A stretch of DNA of 51,779 bases, counting the filler, from Sphacelaria rigidula (Eukaryota), in NCBI GenBank assembly GCA_964200075.2. It is 4 parts of 4 records of this genome, joined end to end, with 100 filler letters (N's around TTAATTAATTAA, not from the genome) between each part and the next. Parts side by side here need not be neighbours in the genome. Positions count along the whole stretch, not along the records: positions 12,976 to 25,845 come from CAXNAA020003345.1; positions 25,946 to 38,812 come from CAXNAA020003346.1; 2 more parts are not named here. One strand, given 5' to 3'. The translations under genes and the position numbers were made by a program. Position 1 is the stretch's first letter. Every line of letters starts with the position of its first letter. The notes under the pieces were generated by a model. It searched no databases. It saw only the letters and a program-made list of their open reading frames with translations, and was not told the origin of the DNA. This document shows, in pieces, positions 23,401-36,200 of this stretch.

Positions 23401-25845
23401 CCCCAAAAAAGGCACTTTTCCAGATTTTTATTCTTGTCTGTTATAAGGAGCGGCCTAATCAAGGGGAAGGAAGGTCCCCATCTGCTCAAAATTTTGGGAC
23501 AGTGTTTTCTCGTTGATTTAACCTCATCTCTGGTAATTCATATACCAAACGGAAAAAGCGTCCATGCTAAAATCTCTATAAAACCCCCAATAGATACAGT
23601 CAGCGGGTGACGACATTTTTTGGTGTGGACATTCCCTGGAGCACGGGAAGACGATCGATACCCTCACCTTCACCTAATTCGTCATCTATCTTGGGATATG
23701 GCGCACATAATTTTCCATACCAAAATTAACATGTTGCGAGCAGAGGCATTGGATAAACTAAATCTGGATATCGCGTCTCAGCTTTTGAGAGTTATGCTAT
23801 AAAATTTCGTATGGAGAACCAATGGTGCATAATAGAGCTCGAAAAACATTTTTTTTTCCCGTTTTCAGGACAGTTTTGAGGAGAAATGAACACTGCTCTT
23901 GGGCCTTATCTCAATTATTAGCTCATTTTTTTATTGTGATTTGAAACTCAGCATGAAGAACCACAGAGGTGTGCTGAATAAGATAAAAAAATGGGCGCCC
24001 AGTTTTTTTTTGGGAGGGAGAGGTTCGGGCGTTCTCGAAAAACAATGGTCGTTTCCACACTAAAACGCCCTGAACCAGTGAAAAAAAAATGAGCAAAATC
24101 AACCTGACCCACTTTGTTTTGTAAACTATGCCCTAGCGAGGGCCCACACAAATTTTCAATACACAAACATCAAACGTGGGCCGGTAAATAACCTACAAAA
24201 TACTGTTCCGAATTTCTTCTGAACCCGTCACTAAACGGCCCATTAACCGGCCAATATTCAGAGTTGGGCCCTGAAATTAGATGTGGACAATCAATAGGGC
24301 ATAGTAGAAACAAATACCAGTGCACACATTTTTATTTTGTTTTCTTCATTACTTATGGGCAAAAATCAGTTTCCAGGTATCAGTACAATGCCCCCAAGTC
24401 ATTTTTTCTTTAAACGTGTGTGCTCAGGTATTCGTTTTTATTATGCCCTATTTGTTGTCCATACCAAATTTCAGGGTCCAAGTCTAAATATTGGCCGGTT
24501 AATGGGCCTGCAAACTACAAATTCGCTTCTCGGCTGGTCCAGGTCGTAGTCCACAAGGAGACGAGGAACTACATAGACCACGAGACATCCTTCACGTGCA
24601 GTGCTCTCCCCCGACCCCGGTGGGCCTAGTCTCGCCAGACACGTGCTGGCACGCGCGCACACACACACACACACGTTTCGTCCGGAAACACTTGCTCACC
24701 TCCAGAACCTTCACAATGTCCCCTTGCCTAAGGACCCCGATGTCCATCGAAAACGGATCCGCCTCCTCCCGCAATTTGAGAAGCCTGGTGTCGTAGCCCG
24801 ACCACCACACCGATGTATTCAGCGGTAGACAGCATAGACGGCGCGAAGCGAAGTGTCAACATGTGAGCTGACGGACATTCGTCGAACAGCTTCTGCCAAG
24901 AACTAGTGAACGTCGGGGCATGCACGCAATAGCCCCGCGGGCTGGCTGCATGATTGAAGCTACTATGGTATATAAACAAGGCTAGAAGCGCCATGCTTGG
25001 GACAATACCACACACGAAACATAGCTTTCACACATGTTCGCGACTGGGCCATACTTCAACAAGCAGAATAGCCTACAATGTACAATATAACATAAAATCT
25101 GCTGGCGCGCTAACTCTTAGCCCTTGGGTGATGAAAATGACACGAAACTCAACTTTGATCTTGTGTTTTCCGTTATTTTTTTCTTCCTCGGGGCGACGTC
25201 GCAGTCTCATGGAATCTCAAGTCCATTCTTCTCGCAGTACCTTGCACTACTTGATCATTGGATCAAAGTTCTAGCAGCCCGATGACTTTTATCCGATTAT
25301 TTTCCCAACCATCTTCGCTTTTCTGGAAGTCGAAATGATACCGTATCGTCTATAATAGATTCAAATTCACAAAACCTGCTCAGCACATGTTGCCGTGTCA
25401 GTTTGACCACCGAGAAGACGCGGTACTACTGGACACCAAAATTCACACTCCCCTGCACATTCTCACCCAAGCGCCGTCATGAACCTTTCTCCTTCCCCGC
25501 TAGCACCTCCACCACCTCCATCACCACCACCGTCCTTCTGCTGTAGCTCACCACCCGCACCACTGCTAGAGCCTTCGTCTGCCGCCGGAAATTCACTCGG
25601 TGGCGCCCACGCCCCTTTCCCGCCGCCGAGCGGGCGTTCATCGCCAACGCCGGCGGCGGGTTTGGCTCCCGTCAACGGCCGGTCCTCGCCGCTCGGCGCC
25701 GCACTAGCCGCGGCGGCTTCTGCTTCGGCAAAGTTGGCCTCTTGCTCCGTAAACGCCAGCGCGGCAGCGGCCACGTCGCCTTCCATCGGGGACATGGTCG
25801 GGCCTCGCTTGTTGGCAGTCAGGGTCCAGCCGTCCTCTCGTCCAT
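13163..25845 (-). CDS. Uncharacterised large protein: >=3 SH3b-like repeats, one TOG/HEAT-like domain, long low-complexity region; 11 exons, partial at both ends
   Basis: Phase-compatible GT-AG exons: 25467->25845, 24700-24784, 22238-22659, 21788-21872, 21060-21191, 20085-20696, 19633-19725, 17551-17988, 16762-16914, 15351-16249, 13163-14498. The repeats read LLKLREEADPFSMDIGVLRQGDIVKVLE|TNGKWVRVAYHGREDGWTLTANKRG and PIKIRDEADACAMDLGVVAKGDIVKVLE|MNGLWARVAYRGKSDGWVLTANKRG. The TOG-like part reads LEAALEHREWKWRLAVFK...LLDKNVQVVEAAVDTL...KSLLTSSKLPIKMSGVALATSLY. Confidence 0.8.
14690..15068 (-). mobile_element. tRNA-derived SINE-like element
   Basis: On the minus strand, head ccggtccccccccgtggctcagttggtaacc...gattcgattcc is followed by a ~280-bp body homologous to 10311-10575. 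It sits in an intron of the SH3b-TOG gene. Confidence 0.75.
19440..19585 (+). mobile_element. Non-LTR retroelement 3' end with (AATC)n tail
   Basis: ccacggctggatccctggggggtcagttaaagtgcgacaatcaatcaatc. Relatives occur at 32524-32620 (-), 39820-40078, 45340-45371 and ~18050-18100 (-). Confidence 0.6.
21426..21463. repeat. (GCAG)n microsatellite
   Basis: gcaggcaggcaggcaagcaggcagg... Confidence 0.85.
22906..23455. mobile_element. Foldback element with ~240-bp inverted arms and central telomere-type repeats
   Basis: TA|agccgctccttataacaggcaagaataaaatctgg ... ccagatttttattcttgtctgttataaggagcggcc|TA. The centre is (TTAGGG)3-TATAC-(taacccta)-like repeats. Confidence 0.8.
24238..24507. mobile_element. 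Inverted-repeat (MITE-like) segment within a larger DNA-transposon remnant (~23460-24530)
   Basis: ggcccattaaccggccaatatt...ccctgaaatt...tggacaatcaatagggcata pairs with tatgccctatttgttgtcca...aatttcaggg...aatattggccggttaatgggcc. Confidence 0.55.
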
Positions 25846-25945
25846 NNNNNNNNNNNNNNNNNNNNNNNNNNNNNNNNNNNNNNNNNNNNTTAATTAATTA
25901 ANNNNNNNNNNNNNNNNNNNNNNNNNNNNNNNNNNNNNNNNNNNN
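25846..25945. other. Artificial contig-joining linker
   Basis: Identical N44-TTAATTAATTAA-N44 block. Confidence 0.97.
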
Positions 25946-26029
25946 AACTGGGCCCCGCCCCAAAAGGGGGGGTGGGTCAATGTTTGAACCACAAAGGAAA
26001 AAAACAAATGGACACCCCCCCCCCCCCCC

Positions 26030-26078
26030 CCCGGGTCAATGGTCTGATGGCTATGGCATGCATGATCATGAGTACACC
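26030..26078 (+). mobile_element. LINE family B 3' fragment
   Basis: gggtcaatggtctgatggctatggcatgcatgatcatgagtacaccc, after a long C-run. Confidence 0.55.
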
Positions 26079-26479
26079 CTGGTGCATACCCGACAGTTTG
26101 GCATCGCGGATTGAATCAGCACATCCGAATCGCGTCAGACTTCTCACTAACATTCTTGGTCACTCGCGTTCTCACTTTGTTCGTCAACGGAAATCATACA
26201 ATTGTCAGAAAGAAACCGTATGCATTGCCTGGATTCGAAACCTCAACTTCCCACCCGAACAAGCTGGAGATCTAACAGTTACAGCAAACCACTCAGGCGG
26301 GTACCAGTAACATTTTGCTTCGCATGGTACGGCCACTGTTCACTAAATGTGCACGTCGTGTGGCAATTTCCAACGATTGTTAACAGTGACCGGCCACAAT
26401 TCAACTTCACGGCGATGCTAGGAGCCGCTGTCCAACAGCGGTGGCCGCATGCCCCGAGCGGAATGCCAGGAGTATTTTG

Positions 26480-26680
26480 CTACTGCCAAGGGATAGACTG
26501 CAAAACTTTGCTAAACCGCTCTCAACAGAAAGCATATTTTCGCGTTCATGACCCGTCCGTCGACTGGAGTCGTCTAGATTTTATCGACAAAATTGAAGTT
26601 TGTGCGCCCAACACATTTTCGTTCAATGGTCAATATTACGCTCGATTTTAGAGATTGGGCCAAAACATTTTTTTTTGTAC
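26480..26680 (+). mobile_element. Possible Penelope-like RT fragment
   Basis: IEVCAPNTFSFNGQYYARF resembles the PLE RT segment C....F.FNG..Y.Q. Short and decayed. Confidence 0.3.
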
Positions 26681-27204
26681 TCATGGCGTGGCCTCCTCAC
26701 CAACCGGGGGGCAGGGAATGTTTCGGCTCGGGCTTTCACCCTACGTTCCCGAGACTTCCTAACACAGGGCTAAATATGGAGCTAACCGTAGGCGCTGCTA
26801 CATCAATGTATCGGCCGCATCAACCTATAGCGTAGTAGTTACGAAACCCACCAACATAGAGCCCATGATGAGCATTCTCCGCAATATGGTCGGCATCCCA
26901 AATTTTTTACAGTTTCTTGCTTTTTTGTGTACAAGCTACTCACTGCAATGCAGCTGCAAGAGAAGAAGTTGTTCCAGGTTTTGTGAGTGAATAGGCTGCC
27001 ATACTATTCTACACCAAAACTAAGCGTATCAACCTGCGTCCACATACTCCACATCCAATTCCAGGTGCTAGTGAACTATCCCACCACTGTCTTGTAGCAG
27101 AGTGGTATAAGCCGTACGGTACACTCCATGTCATCCTTGCAGAGTCCGCAAATGCTGAGTTCTCGATACATTTCATTCCGATGGCAACAGGGCGCGCTCC
27201 GTTT

Positions 27205-30200
27205 TCATGAGGGCATCGGCTGCACGCTCAGGGTGCATGTTGCTTTCTTGTCCATTCCCATGATGCCGTCGGCCATGATACGCAGAACCAAAGGAACGTG
27301 ACCGGGAGACTGATCAGGAGTCGGGAAGCGAAGGGTTGATTGGAAACCTTTGCGTCCCAGCGCTCCGACCTGTATGTGGTTTTAGGTGGTATGCAATTAG
27401 ACATTGACGACAGTTGGAAGGGTCTCGAGCCGAGCTGTTGGAAAAGAAACCGGAGGGTTGTGGTACTCTGCAGTATCTCCATTTCAAGGGTTGGACGCCA
27501 TCCTAGACAGAAATTCGCGCACTGTGTACCATGTTTGAGAGTGACACCGACCACGGGATGAACAATATTGCGTAGTTTTTGGGCCAATGACTACAGTACT
27601 TTTTTATGGCTGCAACATTTGTAACGCTATCGTAGCTTCATAACGTCATCCCGTGGAGCCCCACCGTCCTACTTGTTTCCAATGGTAGCTGCAAAATAAT
27701 CCACAGGTCAACAAAGTGCGGCGATCAATCAACCACGAGGTGGGCCCACGCGGAAGGCATACCGGTTCCGAGGCTTGCCGTTTCCGATAGACGTTGCGAA
27801 TATCGAACCCTCGAACAGTACAGTCTGAACCACAGGCAAGGCGGGGATACCCGACTGTTCAGTACAACAAAACAAAGAGCAGGCAGCCTCACCCTCTTGA
27901 GTGCTAACAGCTCTCCATCCTCCGTACCCAAGATCAGCCACCAGCTCAATTCTTTCGCCTTGGGGAATCGGGGTGTCCACAACGCCCCCCTGCTGTTCCA
28001 AGGGTTCGCAATGGTGACCTTTACCGTGGCTTCGCAGTCCGCTTCCTGCCCTACCTCCTCCTGGAGTATTCGTAAATAGAGTTCTCGTAAGGTTGACAAG
28101 ACAAGAATAACTGCGTTCATGCTAATAGCAACAGTAGAGGCGTCATCGTCAACTTTTCGATAGCGCCTACACTTGACGGTAAATGGGGACACAGCCGCTC
28201 GCAAATTGCTTACATTGGACCCTCCTCGAGCCGGCCGCGCAGTAAACGACACGTTTGAAATTGCTGGAACTGCCGCTAACGCCCGGATCGCTGCTGCCAC
28301 TTGACCCCCTCCACCTGCGGCACGAGAAAAGGACGTCGGGATTTTTTCTTCACCACTTGCAGAACCAAAAGGTATCGATGCCATCGGAATAGATCTCGAC
28401 GGTTGAGATGTCGAAGCCGTCATGCGACTCACTTCACAAAACTACTCCAACGTACCACGTCACATCACATGAGTCGACAAAAACTCGCTTGTAGGTTTCT
28501 TCATCACACCAGGACTCGGATCGGCACATGCCGCCTGCTTGTCGGCCATATATCCGTGAAAGAAGTTAGATGGGGATTTCCAAAATAACGTCCACATCCA
28601 GGTTCTTCCATTGTAACACATAGCCTCCAGTTGGCGCAACAGCGGCGGCAGGGTCACCCCACTCGTCACCAAGTACGCCGATTACGACAACGGGTTCGAG
28701 AAATCGGACTAATCTGCTGAAATAATAACGACGACGTCAGCAACAATACCTTGTCCTTGTGGACGTCTTTCTCTTCCACCACCATCGCTGGTGCTAAGCC
28801 CAGAACTTTCCAACAACTTTCTTGCCGAGGTTTCCCCGCGCAAGACGAGGTCTCGGAACGAAGAAGCGCCTTTTGCTCGAATGCGACCAGCTTGCGTAGG
28901 CCCCACCCCCGGTATCTGCAGCAACGAGTCTGTGTCGTGCCAGGCAGCCTGATGAGCAGAAAAAGCGGTTACCGCGCGGCAGCAACACACGCGCGGGGGG
29001 ACAAGGGCCAAACGATGCAGGGGTTATGGAGAGTTAGTTCATGCACTTGGAAAATTGAAATCCTCGGGAGAGCTTCGACCAACACAGCCGATGCTTTTGC
29101 GACTTCGAGTTCGTGAATACTATATGTCCTCACTGCCTAGTCACCTTGGTTGTACAGAGGCGCTTCGATGGGAGAGCGAATGCGCGTACACGATGACGTC
29201 ACCTCGGGTGTCGTCTTCATCGAGCAAGGAACTACCCGATATCCCATACCGATTCGGGCCATGAGGATCTAGCAGGCCCTACTCTGTTGAATGGCGTGCG
29301 AATCGGCATGATCTGCGTTTTGTACTGAATTTATCTCGGAGTGGCCACCAGCAAACCGAACTTGCTTGCCTGTACGACCATTTGGTGCAGTGAGAGCAGC
29401 CCGATTGTAGTGTCGAGCAGCCCGAAACCAGCAGCGATGTCCAGCATGGCGTTCAGTACACGAACGGCCTGGTCCAGTACGCTACGCGTATCGGTCACGT
29501 AGTCCGAGATGGGGAGTGGCACACGCCCAAAGTGGGCCTAAAGAAAGCTCAGATTTAAACAACGGGGAGCGGGGGTGGGTGGGCACCATACAAGAAGTAT
29601 GATCAAAATGGAACAAAACAATCTGGTAGAGTAAGGTAAGCATGCCATGGACACGTGGTTTGCTGGGATGTATAATATGCCCTGACCCCTGTGTCTTTGG
29701 GGGAAACTCAAGAGCTGTGTTGACTAGCCAGACCATCCGGGCTCCGAATTATCAAGTGTGGCGAACGTGTACGCGGTAGGTCATCGTTTCCTGCTCTAGG
29801 GAATCACGGGAGTATTCAAGTATCGAAAAGGCAGCAGAAGGACAAAGAGGAAGCACAAGCACAAGGAAAACAGCACACGCAATGGCGGAGAAAGATACTG
29901 AGCACAACTTGAAGAGCAACGGACAGAGAAGAATAGCTCAGGGCAACGTATGGCCTTTAAGGCCTTCGTACCTGTAGCAGAAGGTATGCCTTGACGTGCG
30001 GACTATCCAACTCGAAACTCCCTACCGGCCACGGAAGCTTTTTCGAAAGTTCTCCGTTGAGACCATCTTCGTTGTGTCTTACTGGTAGCTCCGCAAATTC
30101 CTGGACACGCGGTATACGAGCAACGCGGAAAGAGGACCAAACCAATTCAAGCTTGTGCACGCTGGGGTGTCAGATTATGGTAGTGTGCCCCCAATTTTCC

Positions 30201-33200
30201 CGCATATGGCTGTAGGCTATCGCTATCGGAAGCGAAAGAGACGTAGAATTGCAGTAGTCATGTGCGGAACTCCTCCTACTGTTCTCTACGTGAAACCTCC
30301 GGGTTGCGTGAAGGCCCCAGAGAAACAGGCCCTCCACCCATATCGCATCGATCCAGGCACGAGTGTGTGGACTGAGAGACTGTACGTTGTCCTCGTGTCA
30401 GTATACCACACCAAGCTGTCCTGTCCCATATTAACCCCCTAGGGACGCAAACAGTGGGTCTCTCAGGTCTCAGATATTGCGATGGAAATTTGCTGGTACT
30501 ATCCAAAAATAATGGCGGAGACAGCGGTTCATGTACCTGAGCGTCAGCCAGTAGGCGGCACAAGTGCTCCACGGTGGTAAGTTCCACTTGCTCGTCGCCC
30601 AAGGAGGACTGGAATAGCTTCATCGTGCGGTAGTCCAGGTAGTAACGGCCGGCTATCATGGCCAACGGGGTGGCGTGTATCTCCTACAGCCGAAAATCAA
30701 AGTAGTGACAATGTCAATGAAAACATGATGAAGTACAGCAGAAACTATAGCAGGGATCAATCCTGATAGATGAACGAAATCCATTCAGAGAAGCCGGAAA
30801 ATATAGCATGTCACTGTGGCCTCCTTTACGCACGCCGTAACAACAGCCAACTCACCTCGTCTCCGGACCCCGCCGGGCCTCCTCCGCCCATCTCTATACA
30901 GCCGGCATCATGAAGGTCTAGCAGGGTGGAATCTACCAGTCCCAGCAGATGCTCCTGGGATTGAAGACAACAAAAAATTACCGCAAATTGAGGGGGACGA
31001 ACACCTCAGTGGAGTATAAACTAGACAGACCGACTGTACATGAATGCTGTTGCTGAATATTGCATGCTTGAGCATTACAGAAAAAAAAACATCTAGAAGG
31101 TAGCCATTGAGGTATTTTCCTGACGAATGATCTAGAAAACAGCAGAATGAACAACATGGTGTGTGCGCCTGCAGCATCTCCAAATGGGCTGGTGGCTAAA
31201 GCACAGCGGCACATGCTCCAGTGTGTGCGCACCTGCACGCCTTCGGTGGACGCATCCTCCAGGCCGTAGTATGAAGGGTTCGCCAGTAGCCTCACAAAGT
31301 AGAAAGTCCACGTAAGATAGTCCATGGCATCTTTCCTCGACCTTCACGTTGTGGGCAGACACGATGAATTGAATGATTGCATTCGCATTGGAGCCAGTCG
31401 TCATCGATTGTTCGGTTTCCATGACTACGCGCCTGGCATGCCAGCAGCTCAACGTCAAGCAATGTACGCGTACGAAAAACACGAACCACGTGCAAGCGAT
31501 GATTCATTCATTGGCTCTCCTAGCGGAACGCGTAATGACGCGACGATTTGAGTTGACAAAAATTCCACGAGCATCAACGGATAGCGGGACTGACAATCCA
31601 AAGCTTCACAAGAAATGGCAGGTAGGTACCGCAGGGCAACAGGGGGGGGTCTCACGAGACTTTAGATTCGTCCCCAGGTGTTGAGGGTTGGGGCCATGAA
31701 TTTCCACCATCATATACCGTTAAGTTTGGCACAGCAATGGATCCACACCTGATGGCACCCCCCGCGCACTCTGCCGATAGATGGTTGTGCAAGGCCCCTG
31801 CAAGCTTAGACTCCACGGGGAACGGCTCGTACAAAAACTTTTTGAAGAAGTTCTTCTTGGGTTCGTGCACCAATATGCAGGCCACCGCGTGGTCGTCAAA
31901 CTGGGGTCGACCGGCGCGTCCGATCATCTGACGAACAGCAGCAGCAGCAGCAGCAGCAATTTATTGTTGCGTAATCATATGAATTGCCGCGCAAATATTT
32001 TTCTGGGGGTGACGGGGCATGGATGAAGCAAACAGGCATGTCTTCTACGCATTAAACTCGCCCTGAAAGGCACGACGTTCATGGAGCATTCCTACAAGTG
32101 AGTGTAACATTCTTTGCAGGCGACATGAATCAGTACGATATTTTTGCCCCAACCAAACAACATCGAAGGACGTGTGCCGCGCACAAGCGTGCCGAACATC
32201 GCGTCTTTCCCCCCGGCCGAGAGTCATTCGGCAGTGGCCTGTGGGGTGCCTCCCATTTTTCCTTGAGTCGGTGCTACATCTTAGCCTGGCGTTTTTCTTG
32301 GGGTTTCTCCCTTTGCCTTATTTTCCTTCATTTCACTCTGTTGATGTCTCCTTTCCTTCCACCTCCCTCTATTCTCAAGTCATTGTCCCATAGCGAGCAT
32401 CGTCATTTACTTTTCTTCACCTTCTGATGTGCCTACTTTGTGACCGCGGTAGGGTTCGTGGCGAATCTGCTCATGTTCAACAATCAGCCATTCATGCACG
32501 GTCTGAGTGCGTTGTCGGGCGTCTGATTGATTGATTGATTGATTGTCGCATTTTAACTGACCCCTCCGGGGTCCAGCCGTGGTGTCATGATAGATGTACC
32601 CAACAAAAACGAAACTCAAACACGCTCTGAGGGAAAAAAAGAAAAGGAACTAACCTGTAGAAGGTCGGTGATGGGGAAGTCGACATACCGCCCGCTCTTG
32701 CCATCGAAGAATTCCGTCCCTTTCACCACCACCAAGTGAGCCGGGAAGTTGACGCCCCACGCCAGGGTGGACGTGCATACAAGCACCTGCAATTTGACGA
32801 GGAAGCGAAACGAACGAGGTCAGGGCCGTCATCGGCTACTTCACACATGATGTCGAACGGACGCGTCGCCGATGTAGACAGTCCCCAGCGGTAAGACATA
32901 CGACGGGCTTTGCCGTTGTATCTTCCGCATTGTGCATCACCTGTGCCATCCTTTCATGTGAGTTGAAGAACGGGATATGCGACGATATTGATTGGTGAAG
33001 CACCCAGCTTTCGGCCTGCCCCGCTTGTATGAACGTACAAGAGGCGTTTCCGTCCACATTGCTGCCCTTACCTGGTACAATCCGTGAACCGTGGATCAGC
33101 AAACAACATCAAGCAGGGCACCTGACTTGCTATGACGGAACATAGGTCTAGAGTATCCAACACCTAGACTACATCGATTACCAAACACCAACTTGTTCAT

Positions 33201-36200
33201 GACAAAAATAAAGCACGACCGACTGCGAGCAATGTCATAGTTGACCTGGATCTTCCCTTGCTCGAAGAGGGTCTCCACGAGGGTTCGGTCTCCCTCCGCT
33301 AGCCCCGCGTGATGAATCCCGATCCCAAACGCCAGAGTATGCTGTAACGCCTGGTCCCTGTTATCGGGGTCGAACACAAAGCGGCAAAGCAGCCATCCAA
33401 AACAGTTATTGGTGAGCAGACAGCGCGGTACAAGAGCAAATAAAACAGCAATCGTCGTAGTTGCACGACCCGAGAATTCAAGGACACAAGCCATGGAGCA
33501 CAACACTTCACCGAAAGCCACACGGTCCTCCCGCTAGTACATACCGTCGCCGAAGCATTGAGGTAGATTCGGAGAAGGCGCGACTTGGATGGCTTGATAA
33601 TGCTATCTTCTCCCTACATGGGTCTGAATTTTGAAGGCAAGAGTGCTTTGGAACTGACGTGTGGCACGTACGTCGTGGACCTGTAAAGGAAATTGCGGCA
33701 TTTTTCACAACGCCACTTTTGAACTACAACATTCCAATAAAGACAGAGGCAGAAACTCATTTTCTAGGGGCAACCATGAGCAAAGAGTGTACACTAGGCA
33801 GTACGCTGCGTGTACAGGGCCCTCCTCCGCCGTACAGCAACGGAAGAGGGTAACGGCATCTGCGGACCTGGTAACCAGAGTAATGGCCACACGACTCCGA
33901 GGACTGCTTGGTTTGGGGTCGATCAGTCGAGAAATACGTTGGTGCGCAGTTAGAGTCTTGTTAGTATTGTTTCGGTGTCACTTGTTTTTGTACACGTCGC
34001 AAGGGTGGCCCTGGTTTCGCTATTTCTTCCATGGATCGGAGACGTGGATAAGCACAGATGCGACCGCCCGAGCGAGCTGCTGGGACGGTCAAGTGTACTT
34101 GAAATAAATTCCAGCGAACTGATCACTATATTTGTATACATTTATATATGTATGTATATTTCACATGGAGATGTACGGTGCAGAGTGTTAACCGATGAAA
34201 ATCCGGATCCATGAAGATTCGTTAGTGGTGCAGTCGTTCAACAGCATTTCCGCCCGCCTGTGGCATTCTGAAATTTTGAAATCAAGCTGAATGCGGCGAA
34301 GATTGGGCAACACAGAACGGACACACAGCTGAATTGCGGTGGCTCCAGAGGAGAATTGAAACAATCATCTCGCCTGACAGACTGGGACGCGTCCTGCGCT
34401 TCTTCCTCAGGCATGCGGACGAACCGCCGCGGGTTGGCGTCCCTGGTGCAAAGGCTGATAAGATCCAACGCTGTCAACCTCGTTTGACGACGAGATGCCA
34501 CGAAAACCAAGACGGGTTTATCCGGACTGCGCCCAGCACAACATGCGAAAAAACAGCAGCAAGACAGAAGAGCAAGAGACGGGCAGATGAAGCAACAAAA
34601 TTTGAAGTTGATAGCTCGCCGGGACTCAGCGTGCACAGCACTGGTATACGAAATGCATACCGGGGTATTTGGCGTCATCGTCGGACGAGACGAAAAGCCC
34701 GGTGGGAGTAGCTGCGAGCAAGTGGGTCGACAACGGCGCAGATCGAATATGACGCTCAAGTATGGGCGAAAATTTCACGTTGCGGCATCGGACGCGAAGA
34801 CGCCGGATGAATGCTACGGGTATCATCCCTGAGGAAATGGATACCCCCTACAGACGTTCGACACTCCCCAGATGGGCACCAAACTCCTCTGGCATCACTG
34901 ATATCTCGGCAAAGCTAGGAAAGAACGTCGAGGGTTACAAATAAACGAGCACGCGAAACCATGTTAGGTCACCTGTGCTCCATTATTGCGGCGTACGTTG
35001 GCTTGTTCATGGTTGCCATGCGGGGGCAGTAGTGCTTGCCTGGATATCCCTGCCGAAACCGACAATACCACGAACGGTCACAAGTCCACCAAACAAGGAA
35101 GATGCGCAAAACGCATCGTATAGTTCATAGGAAATGGGTGAGGCTGTTTGGCGTGACGTCTCTCAAATTAATGAAAATGTCCTCATGACATGAGTAGAAA
35201 TCAGACTCAGATTGGTGCTCATACACAGCACAAAAGTGCCGCATTGAAACAAACCATCAATTTGTGTAGCGCTGACCCAAGCGGCGTAAGTGCACGAGAG
35301 AGCTTCAGCTCGACCGTAATCGTAGACCAAGTAACCGTCAAGCATGTTCGTCCATGCCTTGTACGTCGCAGCTGTGTTATACGAATGCGCCCTGCTTTCC
35401 ATGAAGCACGTGAAGCATACCTGGATGTGAACCTCGCACGGGATAGGCCGTACGCTAGGTCGGAAGTTATACAAGCCAGTGTCCTTCACTCCTAGCCAGT
35501 CCGAGAGGTCGCGTGGGTTAGCAAGGGCAGTGCTCAGACCCACGAACCGCACCTGTACATCAGCCGGCGACGTGAACGGCAACACGGGTCCAAGTACTAT
35601 TGTAACCCGCGAAACGATACGATGAACACACGACGAAGGCGGGGTACTCTGTAGTGTGATACCCCGTGATCACGGGGATGGAAGATCCCCAACTAGCCGG
35701 TACGGTACGAACATCGTCCTTTTGCACAAACGACGACCTCCCACAACGGAAAACTACACTGGAGCACATGAGACGGGGCTCTACCGCGGGGTTATACTTG
35801 TTCGCTTTTAGCAACTTTTTCAACCCCTTGACCGCAACTCCTCGTCAGATTGCTCAACGTTGCCCAGGCAAGAATTGGGATCAAATTGGTGTGAAATAAC
35901 ACGCCTGCCCGCATCGACAGGTGGATCCTGAGCACTGATATGGAGACGAGTGCGCGAGAATGCCTACCGGTCTAGGCAAGTCAGCAAGGGAGGTCTCGAT
36001 ATATTTTGGCGTCGAAAACAATCACACAGCACGACCTCATGGGTTTTATCGCGCTGCTGCAAGTGGTGCTGAGCGCTCGCTAATGTTACGTACAGCGGGG
36101 ATACGTAAACAGCGTATATCCATATTGTACATCTTTGATAGTTACGTGCCCCCCGCCTTGGTACTGTCGGAGTAGGACGTGTACTTCTCCGGTTTGTATC

